Part shown: positions 46,526 to 55,873 of the stretch, one piece after another
How positions within the stretch are numbered: the first letter of the stretch is position 1
Layout: every line of letters starts with the position of its first letter
Source: an uncultured Candidatus Saccharibacteria bacterium
GTDB lineage: Bacteria; Patescibacteriota; Doudnabacteria; UBA920
Reading direction: 5' to 3'
DNA: 64,000 nucleotides
NCBI GenBank assembly: GCA_964512925.1
Contig: CAZEKH010000001.1
Location: forward strand, 39,445-103,444
Translations under genes and position numbers: made by a program
Notes under the pieces: model-generated
Told to the model about the DNA's origin: nothing
Database searches by the model: none
The model's input: only the letters and a program-made list of their open reading frames with translations

Positions 46526-46774
46526 CAACTGGACATAATTTTTTTTAAACAGTATAATTTTTCTACAATTCTTTTGAATTGAAACTAATCATTCGTTTTG
46601 CTAAACAAAACGAAAAGAAAGGTAAAAACAATGTATTTATTTGAAGACAAACCCATAGCTGATGATATGACTGACGCGGGCTCTGCTGACGACACTGCGG
46701 CGGATGAAACAACAGAAGAAAAAAAAGATGAAGAAACTTCAGAAATGTAATTTTTGATCTAATCATAAATTACA

Positions 46775-46804
46775 AAAATCTCCCCGATATATTGGGGAGA
46801 TTTT
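46775..46804. terminator. Family-A palindrome AAAATCTCCCC-GATATATT-GGGGAGATTTT, bidirectional terminator after tyrS
   Basis: Perfect stem with flanking A-run and T-run. Confidence 0.55.
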
Positions 46805-46812
46805 AAATTTCA

Positions 46813-47976
46813 CTATTTCAACTTTACAAATTTTCTTTTTCCGACCTGAATCAGTATCTCATTTTTGCCATCAATTTCAATTAGCCTGTCTTCTGCTGTC
46901 TCTTGGTTTATTTTAACCCCTTTTTGTTCAATAAGTCTGCGGCTTTCGGTTTTACTGGAAGACATACCCACAGAAACCAATAGCTCTGACAATTTATAAT
47001 TTCCGGGTTTTAGTTGTTTGGTTTCTATATCTTCCGGCAAATCGCCTTTAGAGAATTGGCTAATAAATCCATCTTTGGCTAAAACCGCTTCCTTGTCTCC
47101 GTGGTACAGCCTGGTTACCTCTTCGGCCAGTTTTAATTTTTGATCTCTAGGATTTGGCAATTTTAAAATCTGATCAACCTCTTCTAAAGATACGCGGGTT
47201 GCCAAAGTAAAATATTTTTTTATCAGGCTATCCGGGATAGACATTATTTTTCCAAACATCTCTTTGGGACTATCGGTGAGATTCACCGTATTGCCCCAGG
47301 AAGAAGACATTTTGCGCCCATCCGTGCCTTCCATCAGTTCGGTCATCAGGATGTTTTGCGGTCGCTGTTTATAGGCTGGCTGGATAGCACGGCCAGCCAG
47401 CAAGTTAAACCTCTGGTCAGTGCCGCCAAGTTCCACATCCGCCTTTACTGCCACTGAATCATACCCCTGCATCAGGGGATACATAAGCTCTCTAAAAGAA
47501 ACCCGTTTTCCAGCTGAAAGTCTTTTAGCAATATTTTCCCTGGCGCAAAACTCATGCACGGAAAACAAGTCGGCTATTTTAGCAATCTCCATAAACCCAA
47601 GTTTTTTCAGCCATTTGGAGTTATAATGCATCTCGGCTTTTTTTGGGTCTATAATCTTTGAAGCCTGGGCAAAATAGCTTTTCAAATTGGCTTTAATGGT
47701 TTTCTCGTCAAGCATCGGACGTTCTGAGTCTTTATCTGAAGTGTCGCCCACAAGCCCGGTAAAGTCGCCAACTATAAAAACCACTTTGTGTCCCAGCTCC
47801 TGAAAAGCCCGAAGCTTCCACAACACCACGGCTCTGCCAATATGCAAATTGGGGGAAGTGGGGTCAATGCCCAATTTTACACGAAGTTTCTTTTTTGAAT
47901 TTAGTAAATTTTCTAAATCCTGCCTATCTATAACCTCACTTACCCCCCGAGTTAAAAGTTCTTGAATTTGGTTCAT
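46813..47976 (-). CDS. tyrS: Tyrosine--tRNA ligase
   Basis: HIGH motif (PNLHIGR), KMSSS, C-terminal S4-like domain. Confidence 0.9.
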   Translation of the reverse strand: MNQIQELLTRGVSEVIDRQDLENLLNSKKKLRVKLGIDPTSPNLHIGRAVVLWKLRAFQELGHKVVFIVGDFTGLVGDTSDKDSERPMLDEKTIKANLKSYFAQASKIIDPKKAEMHYNSKWLKKLGFMEIAKIADLFSVHEFCARENIAKRLSAGKRVSFRELMYPLMQGYDSVAVKADVELGGTDQRFNLLAGRAIQPAYKQRPQNILMTELMEGTDGRKMSSSWGNTVNLTDSPKEMFGKIMSIPDSLIKKYFTLATRVSLEEVDQILKLPNPRDQKLKLAEEVTRLYHGDKEAVLAKDGFISQFSKGDLPEDIETKQLKPGNYKLSELLVSVGMSSSKTESRRLIEQKGVKINQETAEDRLIEIDGKNEILIQVGKRKFVKLK

Positions 47977-48000
47977 AAAAATTGCTAAAAAATCAATAAT

Positions 48001-50967
48001 ATGTGGAATTATAACATCTTTTCAGCATTTATAAAAACAGTTATAATAAGCTATATGCGCGTATATAACTTCAAAGATTCGCCAAAAACAACAGCAAAAA
48101 AAAATAAGCGGTCTTTTTTATCTGCCCAAATCTGCTCTAAAATAGCCTGGCCAAAAAAATTCAAATTTGGCTTTTTTAAATTTAAAAAAAGAAATTTTTT
48201 CTCCTGGGTGCTCCGCCTAACAGCTTTTGGCATAGTAGCTTTAGCTGCATTGTTTTTGTATTATTCCAAAGACTTGCCCAACCCAAACCGCCTAGTAGAC
48301 AGACAGGTGGCTGAAAGCACAAAAATATTTGACCGGAACGGCGAACTTTTATACGAAATTCACGGAGAAGCCAAACGAACCCTGATTAAGCTGGATCAAA
48401 TTCCTACCCTTGCCCAAAAGGCTGTCATCGCCATAGAAGACAAGGATTTTTACAAACATAGCGGCATTTCCTATACCGGAATATTGCGCGCAGTTTATCA
48501 GGATATTTTGCAGCTGAAAAAATCCCAAGGCGGCAGCACTATCACCCAACAATTCGTAAAAAATGCCATTTTAACCAGAACAAAAAGTTTTGACAGAAAG
48601 CTACGGGAAATTATTTTAAGCATTGAATTGGAAACCAGGTTTTCAAAAGACCAAATTTTAGAATTTTATTTAAATGAAATGCCTTACGGCAGGAACGCTT
48701 ACGGTATAGAAGCGGCCAGTAAAACCTACTTTGGCAAAAACGCTAAAGATATAAATTTGGCGCAAAGCGCTTACCTTGCCGCTATCCTGCAGGCGCCAAG
48801 TTTTTACAACCCGCTTGGCCCCAACAGAGACAATCTGGATAATAGAAAAAATACAGTTCTCAGGCTTATGCGAGAACAAGGATACATCACAGATGAAGAA
48901 GAAAAAACGGCTAAAGCTGAAGTTGTAGAATTCACCAAAATAAAAACTGGACTTTTAGCCCCGCATTTTTCCCTGATGGTGCAAAGTTATCTGGCAGGCA
49001 AATACGGCGAAAAAAGCCTGGAAGAAGGGGGTTTAAAAGTTTATACATCTCTGGATTTGGGTTTGCAAAAAATTGCTGAAACAGCGGTCAAAAAAGGCGC
49101 TGACAATAATGTAAAAAAGTATAGCGCTTACAATGCCGCCTTGGTGGCGATAGATCCTAAAACCGGACAGGTGTTGGCAATGGTAGGAAGCAAAGACTAT
49201 TTTGGCGAAAGCGAACCTGAGGGTTGCAAACCAGGTGTGAATTGCAAATTTGAACCCAATGTCAATGTGGCTTTGTCGCAAAGACAGCCGGGTTCCAGCT
49301 TTAAGCCTTATGTGTATGTAACAGCGTTTAAAAAAGAATTTGGCTATGCGCCGGCCAGTATGCTAATGGATGTGGTAACAAATTTTGGCAGCTTCGCAGG
49401 AAAATCTTATATCCCGCATAACTACGACGGCGCGGAGCATGGGCCGGTTTCTATGCGCACGGCATTGGCAGGCAGCTTAAATATTCCGGCGGTAAAAACT
49501 TTGGCTTTGGTCGGGGTTGAAAATGCCGTGCAAACCGCGCGCGACCTTGGCATAACCAGCCCAATGTCTGACTGCGGACTGTCTTTGGTTTTAGGCGGAT
49601 GTGAGGTAAGGCTTCTGGACCATACGGCAGCTTATTCTGCTCTTGCAAATGGCGGAACAAAAAATCCAATGACTTTTATTTTAAAAATTGAGGAGCCGGG
49701 CGGAAAAATTTTAGAAGAATACAAACAAAATGCCCAAGAAATTTTAGACAAACAGGCCGTGTATCAACTAACAAGCATTATGACCGACAACAACGCGCGG
49801 AGTTTTGTCTTTGGCTCAAATTCGCCCTTGACACTCCCAGACAGGCAAGTGGCGGCTAAAACCGGCACCACCAACCTCTGGGGCAACGGCTGGACAATGG
49901 GATTTACACCATCCTTAGCAGCGGGGGTCTGGGTAGGAAACAATTGTGGCAGTGATGAAAAACACCCGGATTGTTTAATGAAAAAAAACGCGGATGGGGT
50001 ATTGGTAGCAGCCCCGATTTGGCGGGATTTTATGTTAAACGCCTTAAAAGGCACTCCGCCTGAAACCTTCCAAAGGCCGGCCGGCATACAAGACATCGCT
50101 GTTGATTCAGTATCTGGAAAACTCCCAACCGGCAGCACTCCGTCTACAAAAACCGAAGTGTTTGCGGACTACAATATCCCTACTGCTTACGACGATGTGC
50201 ATTTAAACGCGCCTTTTGATTCTCAAACCGGCCTGCCTGCCAATGCCGATACTCCCATTGAAAAAATTACCTACAAAACCTTAACGGTTTTTCGCAGTGA
50301 AAAACCCACCAACCCGAACTGGGAAGAGCCGGTAAAAATCTGGGCAGAGAGTCATGGTTTTGGTTATAACCAAAACGGGTTTTCCGACCAAAATGCTCAA
50401 CCACAAAATCCAGATGCTTCGCAGATAAAAATCACTGAACCTGCTTTAAATATACCTATAAAAACAAATAATTTTAAATTTTCTGCTACTGTAACCGGGA
50501 AAAATCCGATTATAAAAGTGGAATTCTACCTAAACGGACTACTACTGAGCACTTTAAACCAAACTCCTTACGAGATAATGGTTGATAAAAATTTAACTGA
50601 CGGCCAGCATACATTGGCAGTAAAAGCGACAGATACCGCCGGTGTTTCCGGCGCCGATTTCAGCCAGATCATCATAGCGCGCAGTCAGGGACTTAAACTT
50701 GTAAATCCCGCCAATAACAGCTTGATAGTCTTTCCTTTAAATCTGAAAGCGGAGTCTTCAGAAGAATATACAGATGTTGAATTTTTCTATCAGAAAACCG
50801 GGTCTGACAAAATATCCATCGGGAAAACTTCTCCCGGCTCAAACGTCGCCGGCAAATACCAATATTTACTTGACTGGCAAATTTCTCCGGGAACAGGAAC
50901 TTTTGAAGTTTTTGCTGAAACAGGTAGCGGAATTTCTAGCAAAAAAACAATTATTGAAATTCCATAA
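48001..50967 (+). CDS. Class A penicillin-binding protein (PBP1A-type) with extended C-terminal Ig-like region
   Basis: GT51 motif AVIAIEDKDFYKHSGIS. Transpeptidase motifs PGSSFKP, SLN, KTGT. About 250 extra C-terminal residues. Start may be the internal Met (MRVYNF). Confidence 0.85.
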   Translation: MWNYNIFSAFIKTVIISYMRVYNFKDSPKTTAKKNKRSFLSAQICSKIAWPKKFKFGFFKFKKRNFFSWVLRLTAFGIVALAALFLYYSKDLPNPNRLVDRQVAESTKIFDRNGELLYEIHGEAKRTLIKLDQIPTLAQKAVIAIEDKDFYKHSGISYTGILRAVYQDILQLKKSQGGSTITQQFVKNAILTRTKSFDRKLREIILSIELETRFSKDQILEFYLNEMPYGRNAYGIEAASKTYFGKNAKDINLAQSAYLAAILQAPSFYNPLGPNRDNLDNRKNTVLRLMREQGYITDEEEKTAKAEVVEFTKIKTGLLAPHFSLMVQSYLAGKYGEKSLEEGGLKVYTSLDLGLQKIAETAVKKGADNNVKKYSAYNAALVAIDPKTGQVLAMVGSKDYFGESEPEGCKPGVNCKFEPNVNVALSQRQPGSSFKPYVYVTAFKKEFGYAPASMLMDVVTNFGSFAGKSYIPHNYDGAEHGPVSMRTALAGSLNIPAVKTLALVGVENAVQTARDLGITSPMSDCGLSLVLGGCEVRLLDHTAAYSALANGGTKNPMTFILKIEEPGGKILEEYKQNAQEILDKQAVYQLTSIMTDNNARSFVFGSNSPLTLPDRQVAAKTGTTNLWGNGWTMGFTPSLAAGVWVGNNCGSDEKHPDCLMKKNADGVLVAAPIWRDFMLNALKGTPPETFQRPAGIQDIAVDSVSGKLPTGSTPSTKTEVFADYNIPTAYDDVHLNAPFDSQTGLPANADTPIEKITYKTLTVFRSEKPTNPNWEEPVKIWAESHGFGYNQNGFSDQNAQPQNPDASQIKITEPALNIPIKTNNFKFSATVTGKNPIIKVEFYLNGLLLSTLNQTPYEIMVDKNLTDGQHTLAVKATDTAGVSGADFSQIIIARSQGLKLVNPANNSLIVFPLNLKAESSEEYTDVEFFYQKTGSDKISIGKTSPGSNVAGKYQYLLDWQISPGTGTFEVFAETGSGISSKKTIIEIP

Positions 50968-50969
50968 AT

Positions 50970-52154
50970 ATGTTTTCTTGGATATTTATCATTTCTGCGG
51001 CTATCTCTCCAACCTATATAATAAAATTGAATTTTTTTCACATTCCCTCAAACTTGCTTATGTTGTGGATAGCTTTAGTCTGGGTATTTTTTGCTCTTTG
51101 GATAATTCACAAGCGATTATTTTTTGACTTTGTTTTATACCTAAAACAGATCAACAAAAAATTAGCATTAAGCGTTTTTCTATTCTTTTGCGCTTCAGTT
51201 TTCAGCTTGTTATACCCCAACTTTTCCATAAAAAAAATGGCTCAGTTCACAGTTTGGTTTTTACAGCCATTAAGCCTGTTTTTAATCGGCAATTATTATT
51301 TTTTCAAATACCCAAAGTCTAAAAGTTTTTTACTTAATTCATTTTATGCGCTTGTGGCGGCTATGGGCTTTTATGCCGTTTTACAGTATACAAGTCTGTG
51401 GGGCTTGCCTGAAATGTACTGGGGCAATAACATTGAACCCAAGAGGTCTTTAAGTTTTTTCGCGCACCCAAATTTCTACGCTCTGTTTTCCGCCCCGCTT
51501 CTCTCTTTTTTAATCCCAGATCTATTTTTCAAAATAAAAAATCAAAGCTATAAAAACAAACTTTGGCTGATATGTTGGGGAGTTGGTGTTTTAGGCCTTC
51601 TATTTTCTATGTCTAGGGCCGGCTGGCTTGGACTCGCCGCAGCCGGACTTTTATATTTGGTCACAGCCGCGGATAAGATTCTAATAAAAAAAATTATAGT
51701 TACGTTTATGGTTTTGGTTTTGGTATTACTATGCATCCCAAATTTCCGCTACAGGCTTATCCTGCCTTTTTATAAAGAAAAGTCTTCAATTTCCAGACTT
51801 TCCTTATGGCATACGGGTATAAAAGGCATAAAAGAATCTCCATTTTTCGGTCTCGGGCTTACAGGATTTGCCCAAAAATGGCCGCAGCTAAACACTGACC
51901 CAAACCTGGAATCGCATAATTTCCCGCATAATATTTTTTTAAACTTTTGGCTTGAAACCGGTCTTATGGGTCTTGTGTCAATAATTTCAATTTTTATATA
52001 TGGCATAGCAACTGGTTTAAAAACCAGGCAAGATATTTATAAATTCGGCGTTGCGCTATTTTTAGTGTGCCTTATAACCCAGGGTTTGATTGATAATCCG
52101 TATTTTAAAAATGACCTAGCTTTGATGTTCTGGCTGATTTTCAGCCTATTATAA
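50970..52154 (+). CDS. O-antigen ligase family (Wzy_C) membrane protein, second paralog
   Basis: FSMSRAGWLGLAAAGLLYL motif. About 10 TM segments. Confidence 0.7.
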   Translation: MFSWIFIISAAISPTYIIKLNFFHIPSNLLMLWIALVWVFFALWIIHKRLFFDFVLYLKQINKKLALSVFLFFCASVFSLLYPNFSIKKMAQFTVWFLQPLSLFLIGNYYFFKYPKSKSFLLNSFYALVAAMGFYAVLQYTSLWGLPEMYWGNNIEPKRSLSFFAHPNFYALFSAPLLSFLIPDLFFKIKNQSYKNKLWLICWGVGVLGLLFSMSRAGWLGLAAAGLLYLVTAADKILIKKIIVTFMVLVLVLLCIPNFRYRLILPFYKEKSSISRLSLWHTGIKGIKESPFFGLGLTGFAQKWPQLNTDPNLESHNFPHNIFLNFWLETGLMGLVSIISIFIYGIATGLKTRQDIYKFGVALFLVCLITQGLIDNPYFKNDLALMFWLIFSLL

Positions 52155-52186
52155 AACCCTTCAGCTGCTGAAGGGTTTTTTTATAA
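52154..52186. terminator. Bidirectional terminator AAACCCTTCAGC-TGC-TGAAGGGTTT
   Basis: Perfect 11-bp stem between convergent genes. Confidence 0.6.
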
Positions 52187-52654
52187 CCTTGATTTGATAA
52201 CAATTTGCCTATAAGGCTCCTCACCCCAACTTTCACTGGACAGTTCGGGAAAATTTTCCTGGATGTAGGAATGCACAAATCTCCTGTCAAAAGCCGGCAT
52301 TGTTTCAAGTCTGACTGCGCGACCGGTCTTTTTGATATGCAGAGCGGCTTCTTTGACTGTTTCTTTTAAGAACCATTCCCGCTTAATATTATAATCATCA
52401 ACATCCAAAGAAAATCTGGGCGTCTGGGCAAATCCCAATTTCTTAAACGCAAGACTCTGGATGATGCTTTGGAGAGCTTTTAAAACCACTCCGTGTTGCC
52501 CGATAAGTAAAAAAGAATCAGGGGTGGAAATATTGAAAACCAATCCCCGGTTTATGCTTTCCTCAAACTCTACCTTTGGCGCAGAGATTTTCATTTTTTC
52601 TAAAACCTCAAGTACCAAATTCTTTATCTGTTCAATTTTGTCGTAATCAGTCAT
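52181..52654 (-). CDS. Jag/KhpB RNA-binding protein (KH + R3H)
   Basis: 157 aa. Position downstream of yidC. R3H-like C-terminus (RRFVHSYIQE). Confidence 0.75.
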   Translation of the reverse strand: MTDYDKIEQIKNLVLEVLEKMKISAPKVEFEESINRGLVFNISTPDSFLLIGQHGVVLKALQSIIQSLAFKKLGFAQTPRFSLDVDDYNIKREWFLKETVKEAALHIKKTGRAVRLETMPAFDRRFVHSYIQENFPELSSESWGEEPYRQIVIKSRL

Positions 52655-52667
52655 AAAATTTAAACTG

Positions 52668-53369
52668 CTATTTTTTTAAAACATAATATTGCTGACCTAT
52701 GGAGAAAACCGTGGTGGCAACCCAATACAATAAAAGTCCGCTGGGAATTTTAAACTGCCAAGCCGCAAAAATTGTCATCAAGGGCATCATATACAACATA
52801 TTTTTATTTAGGGAGGCGCTGAAATCTTCCCCGGAAGGAGAGGGGGCCTGGTTTTTGGGCATCATCATTTTTGATTGCACAAACTGCAAGCCGGCAGCCA
52901 ATAAAGCCAAGACAATGCTGGTTTCCGCCAAATTTAAAAAGCCAAATGAAATTTGATGAACATTTTCCGGCCTGTGGACAAAACTGTAAAGTCCAGATAA
53001 ATTGCTTTGCAATCCGTTGCTAAAAACCTGGTATAGCCCTATAAAGACGGGTAATTGTATAAACAAAGGCAGACAAGAAGACAGGGGATTCACTCCGTGT
53101 TCTTTATATAAATCCATCATTGCCTTGGCTTGCTGCTCTTTGTTATTTTTATGCTTTTCCCTCAATTCAGTCAGTTTTGGCTGTAGGTTAGCCATCGCCT
53201 TTTGGCTTTTGAGCGATTTTTGGAAACTGGGAGCCATAGCAAGCCGGATTAAAAAAGTAATCACAATAATTGCCAGGCCCAGATCCTGTCCTGGAATCCA
53301 GTTGTAGAAAAAAATTAAAACATTTAAAAGCGGCCTGTAAACTATTTCGTTGTAAATTGTCGAAAACAT
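52668..53369 (-). CDS. yidC: Membrane protein insertase YidC (short Oxa1-like form)
   Basis: 233 aa, five TM segments. Conserved LAIIVITFLIRLAMAP and C-terminal basic tail. Confidence 0.85.
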   Translation of the reverse strand: MFSTIYNEIVYRPLLNVLIFFYNWIPGQDLGLAIIVITFLIRLAMAPSFQKSLKSQKAMANLQPKLTELREKHKNNKEQQAKAMMDLYKEHGVNPLSSCLPLFIQLPVFIGLYQVFSNGLQSNLSGLYSFVHRPENVHQISFGFLNLAETSIVLALLAAGLQFVQSKMMMPKNQAPSPSGEDFSASLNKNMLYMMPLMTIFAAWQFKIPSGLLLYWVATTVFSIGQQYYVLKK

Positions 53370-53382
53370 ATTTTATATAAGA

Positions 53383-53613
53383 TTAAATTTTGTCTACTCG
53401 CGGGGTGGAAAAAGGGTTGCACCTAAGAATGCGCTTAACTGCCATATAAAGACCCTTCACGGCCCCGTATTTCTCTATTGCCTGTTTTGAATATTCGCTG
53501 CAGCTGGGATAAAAACGGCAAAAACCAGATGGGTACAATGCCCGAAAAAAACCATGGTCGGGCGAAAGAAATTTCTGATATAACTTAATAAAAAATATTA
53601 ACAAATTTCTCAT
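53383..53613 (-). CDS. yidD: Membrane protein insertion efficiency factor YidD
   Basis: FLSPDHGFFRALYPSGFCRFYPSCSEY signature. Confidence 0.85.
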   Translation of the reverse strand: MRNLLIFFIKLYQKFLSPDHGFFRALYPSGFCRFYPSCSEYSKQAIEKYGAVKGLYMAVKRILRCNPFSTPRVDKI

Positions 53614-53614
53614 A

Positions 53615-53953
53615 TTAGTCCTTAATCATGCGGTTTTTTCTTAAAAGGGAATCCAGAGAGGCTAACAAAAGTTTTTCGTCCAGGTTTCTTTTGGGTTTAA
53701 TAAAAACCATATAATTGCCAGGAAAAATTTTGGTCAATCTTTTTTTTAAATATTCGCGCAAGATTCTTTTTAAGCGATTTCTTTTTGTTGCCAGCTTACT
53801 TACTTTTGTGGACACAACTATGGTAAAAGAAGGATAATCTTTAGAATCTTTATGGTATTTCACGCTAAAATCCGGGTTAAAAAAATTCCGCCCGGCTCGC
53901 AAAACAAGCTGAATATTCTTGCTTCCTGCCAAACGGTTTTTTTTATTGAACAT
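53615..53953 (-). CDS. rnpA: Ribonuclease P protein component
   Basis: RNR motif region KRNRLKRILRE. 112 aa. Downstream of rpmH. Confidence 0.85.
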   Translation of the reverse strand: MFNKKNRLAGSKNIQLVLRAGRNFFNPDFSVKYHKDSKDYPSFTIVVSTKVSKLATKRNRLKRILREYLKKRLTKIFPGNYMVFIKPKRNLDEKLLLASLDSLLRKNRMIKD

Positions 53954-53962
53954 AGAATGTAT

Positions 53963-54097
53963 TTAGATGGCGAGTTTTTTTCTTCCCTTAGCTCTCCGCT
54001 TGGCCAAAACAGCGCGTCCGCTTTTTGTTGACATACGGTTTAAAAACCCGTGCCTAACTTTTCTTCTTTTTTTCTTTGGCTGATATGTCCGTTTCAT
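53963..54097 (-). CDS. rpmH: 50S ribosomal protein L34
   Basis: [44 protein letters not shown] (44 aa). Not in the ORF track because it is under 60 aa. Confidence 0.9.
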   Translation of the reverse strand: MKRTYQPKKKRRKVRHGFLNRMSTKSGRAVLAKRRAKGRKKLAI

Positions 54098-54099
54098 AT

Positions 54100-54356
54100 T
54101 TTTTTAATATTTTGCTAATTAACAATTATTTATCTGCCTGCTAATTATACTCAAGTTATATCTTTTAGTCAATGTTTAGGTATTTTAAACCCGCATAACA
54201 ATCTTGTCAGCCTGACTTCACAGCCTATCCACAGCATATCAACAAGACCAATAAATTTTCTCATTATTATGCGAAAAAATTTTATTTTACATGTTGATAA
54301 CCCCCAGCTAAAATATTTAAAGTATTTAATGTATAAAAATAAAATCAAAAAGATTT
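54100..54356. promoter_or_regulatory. Candidate oriC / dnaA promoter region (DnaA-box-like CTATCCACA)
   Basis: AT-rich spacer between divergent rpmH and dnaA containing CCTATCCACAGC. A further AT-rich region with TTTTCCACT / TTATCAACA lies between dnaA and dnaN (55701-55873). Confidence 0.4.
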
Positions 54357-55700
54357 ATGACAAACCAGCAACTGTGGCAAGCAATTTTGGGAAGCCTGGA
54401 AATTTCCTTAAGCAAAGCAAATTTTAATACCTGGTTTAAAAATACTTCAATTATTGAAAAATTGAGCGATACGATAGTAATAGGCGTGCCAAGCACCTTT
54501 AACAGGGATTGGATAGCTGCCAAATACCACGCTGAAATGCTGAAAAGCTTAAAAAGCATTGCCCCGGAAATAAAAGAGATAAAATATCAATTAAATTCCC
54601 AAACCGCCAGAATCCAAAACACGCCGCAAAAAACAGCTGATGCGAACTCTTTACAAAAAAGGCCTTTAGAACAGCAGATTTTTTTCAACCTTAACCCCAA
54701 ATACACGTTTGAGACTTTCATTTTGGGGAAAAACAGCGAATTGGCTTATGCCGCCAGCCAAGCTGTGGCAAAAAATCCAGGCGGGCAATACAATCCGCTT
54801 TTCATTTATGGGGGAGTGGGTTTGGGCAAAACCCATTTGATGCACGCGGTTGGTCATAGCCTTTTAAGCTTGAAGCCGAATGCTAAGATTATATATGTAA
54901 CCTCGGAAAAATTTACCAACGACTACATCAATTCCATCGGGCAGAAAAAAATTGAGGATTTTAAAAAAAATTATCGCAGCGCAGACTGTTTAATGGTAGA
55001 CGATATTCAGTTTTTGGCTGGTAAAGAAGGTACCCAGGAAGAATTTTTTCACACCTTTAACGAGCTGAGGGATAACGGCAAACAAATTATCATCACCTCT
55101 GACAGACCTCCAAAAGAAATTCCCGCCATTGAGGAGCGGTTGGTTTCGCGTTTTGAGTGGGGAATGCTGGCTGATATTCAAGCTCCCGACTTGGAGACAA
55201 GGATGGCCATCCTAAGAATGAAAATGCAAAAACGCAACATCTCAATTTCAGAAGATGTCCTTTTTTACATAGCGGAAAACGTTCAAAACAATGTCAGGGA
55301 ACTGGAAGGCGCTTTAAACCGCCTGGCGGTCTATCAACAAATGGAAAACCGAGGGCTGATTTTAGAGCAAGCAAAAAGCATCTTGGCTAGCGTTATTGGG
55401 GCAAAGAAAAAAATCACCTCGCCCAAAAGAATAGCTGAAATTGTCGCTGATTTTTATAACATCACAACCGAAGACCTGATAAAACAATCCAGAAAAAAAG
55501 AATTTGTCAAACCAAGACAAATTGCAATGTATCTGATCCGTAAAGAACTAGATAGTTCATTTCCTTCAATTGGGGCGTTTTTTGGGGGACGGGATCATAC
55601 AACAGTTATGCATGGGGTAGAAAAAATCACCGGTCAAATTAAAGCGAAGGTTGAGTTTAAACAAGAGGTGGATTTAATTGAGGATAAACTGTTTAACTAA
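54357..55700 (+). CDS. dnaA: Chromosomal replication initiator DnaA
   Basis: Walker A GGVGLGKTHLMHAVGH. Box VII. C-terminal DNA-binding helix. Confidence 0.95.
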   Translation: MTNQQLWQAILGSLEISLSKANFNTWFKNTSIIEKLSDTIVIGVPSTFNRDWIAAKYHAEMLKSLKSIAPEIKEIKYQLNSQTARIQNTPQKTADANSLQKRPLEQQIFFNLNPKYTFETFILGKNSELAYAASQAVAKNPGGQYNPLFIYGGVGLGKTHLMHAVGHSLLSLKPNAKIIYVTSEKFTNDYINSIGQKKIEDFKKNYRSADCLMVDDIQFLAGKEGTQEEFFHTFNELRDNGKQIIITSDRPPKEIPAIEERLVSRFEWGMLADIQAPDLETRMAILRMKMQKRNISISEDVLFYIAENVQNNVRELEGALNRLAVYQQMENRGLILEQAKSILASVIGAKKKITSPKRIAEIVADFYNITTEDLIKQSRKKEFVKPRQIAMYLIRKELDSSFPSIGAFFGGRDHTTVMHGVEKITGQIKAKVEFKQEVDLIEDKLFN

Positions 55701-55873
55701 TGTGTGTAACTCTTTTAAATTTCTTGGGCGGTGTTTATTGGAACGGATAAAAAAATCTTTTCCTTTTTTAATCCACCAAAAAAATATTTGTTTTTATTTC
55801 ATCGCCCAATAAAAATCAGGTTAAAAAATCTTTTCCACTTATCAACAATACTTATTATTATTAATTAATATTT

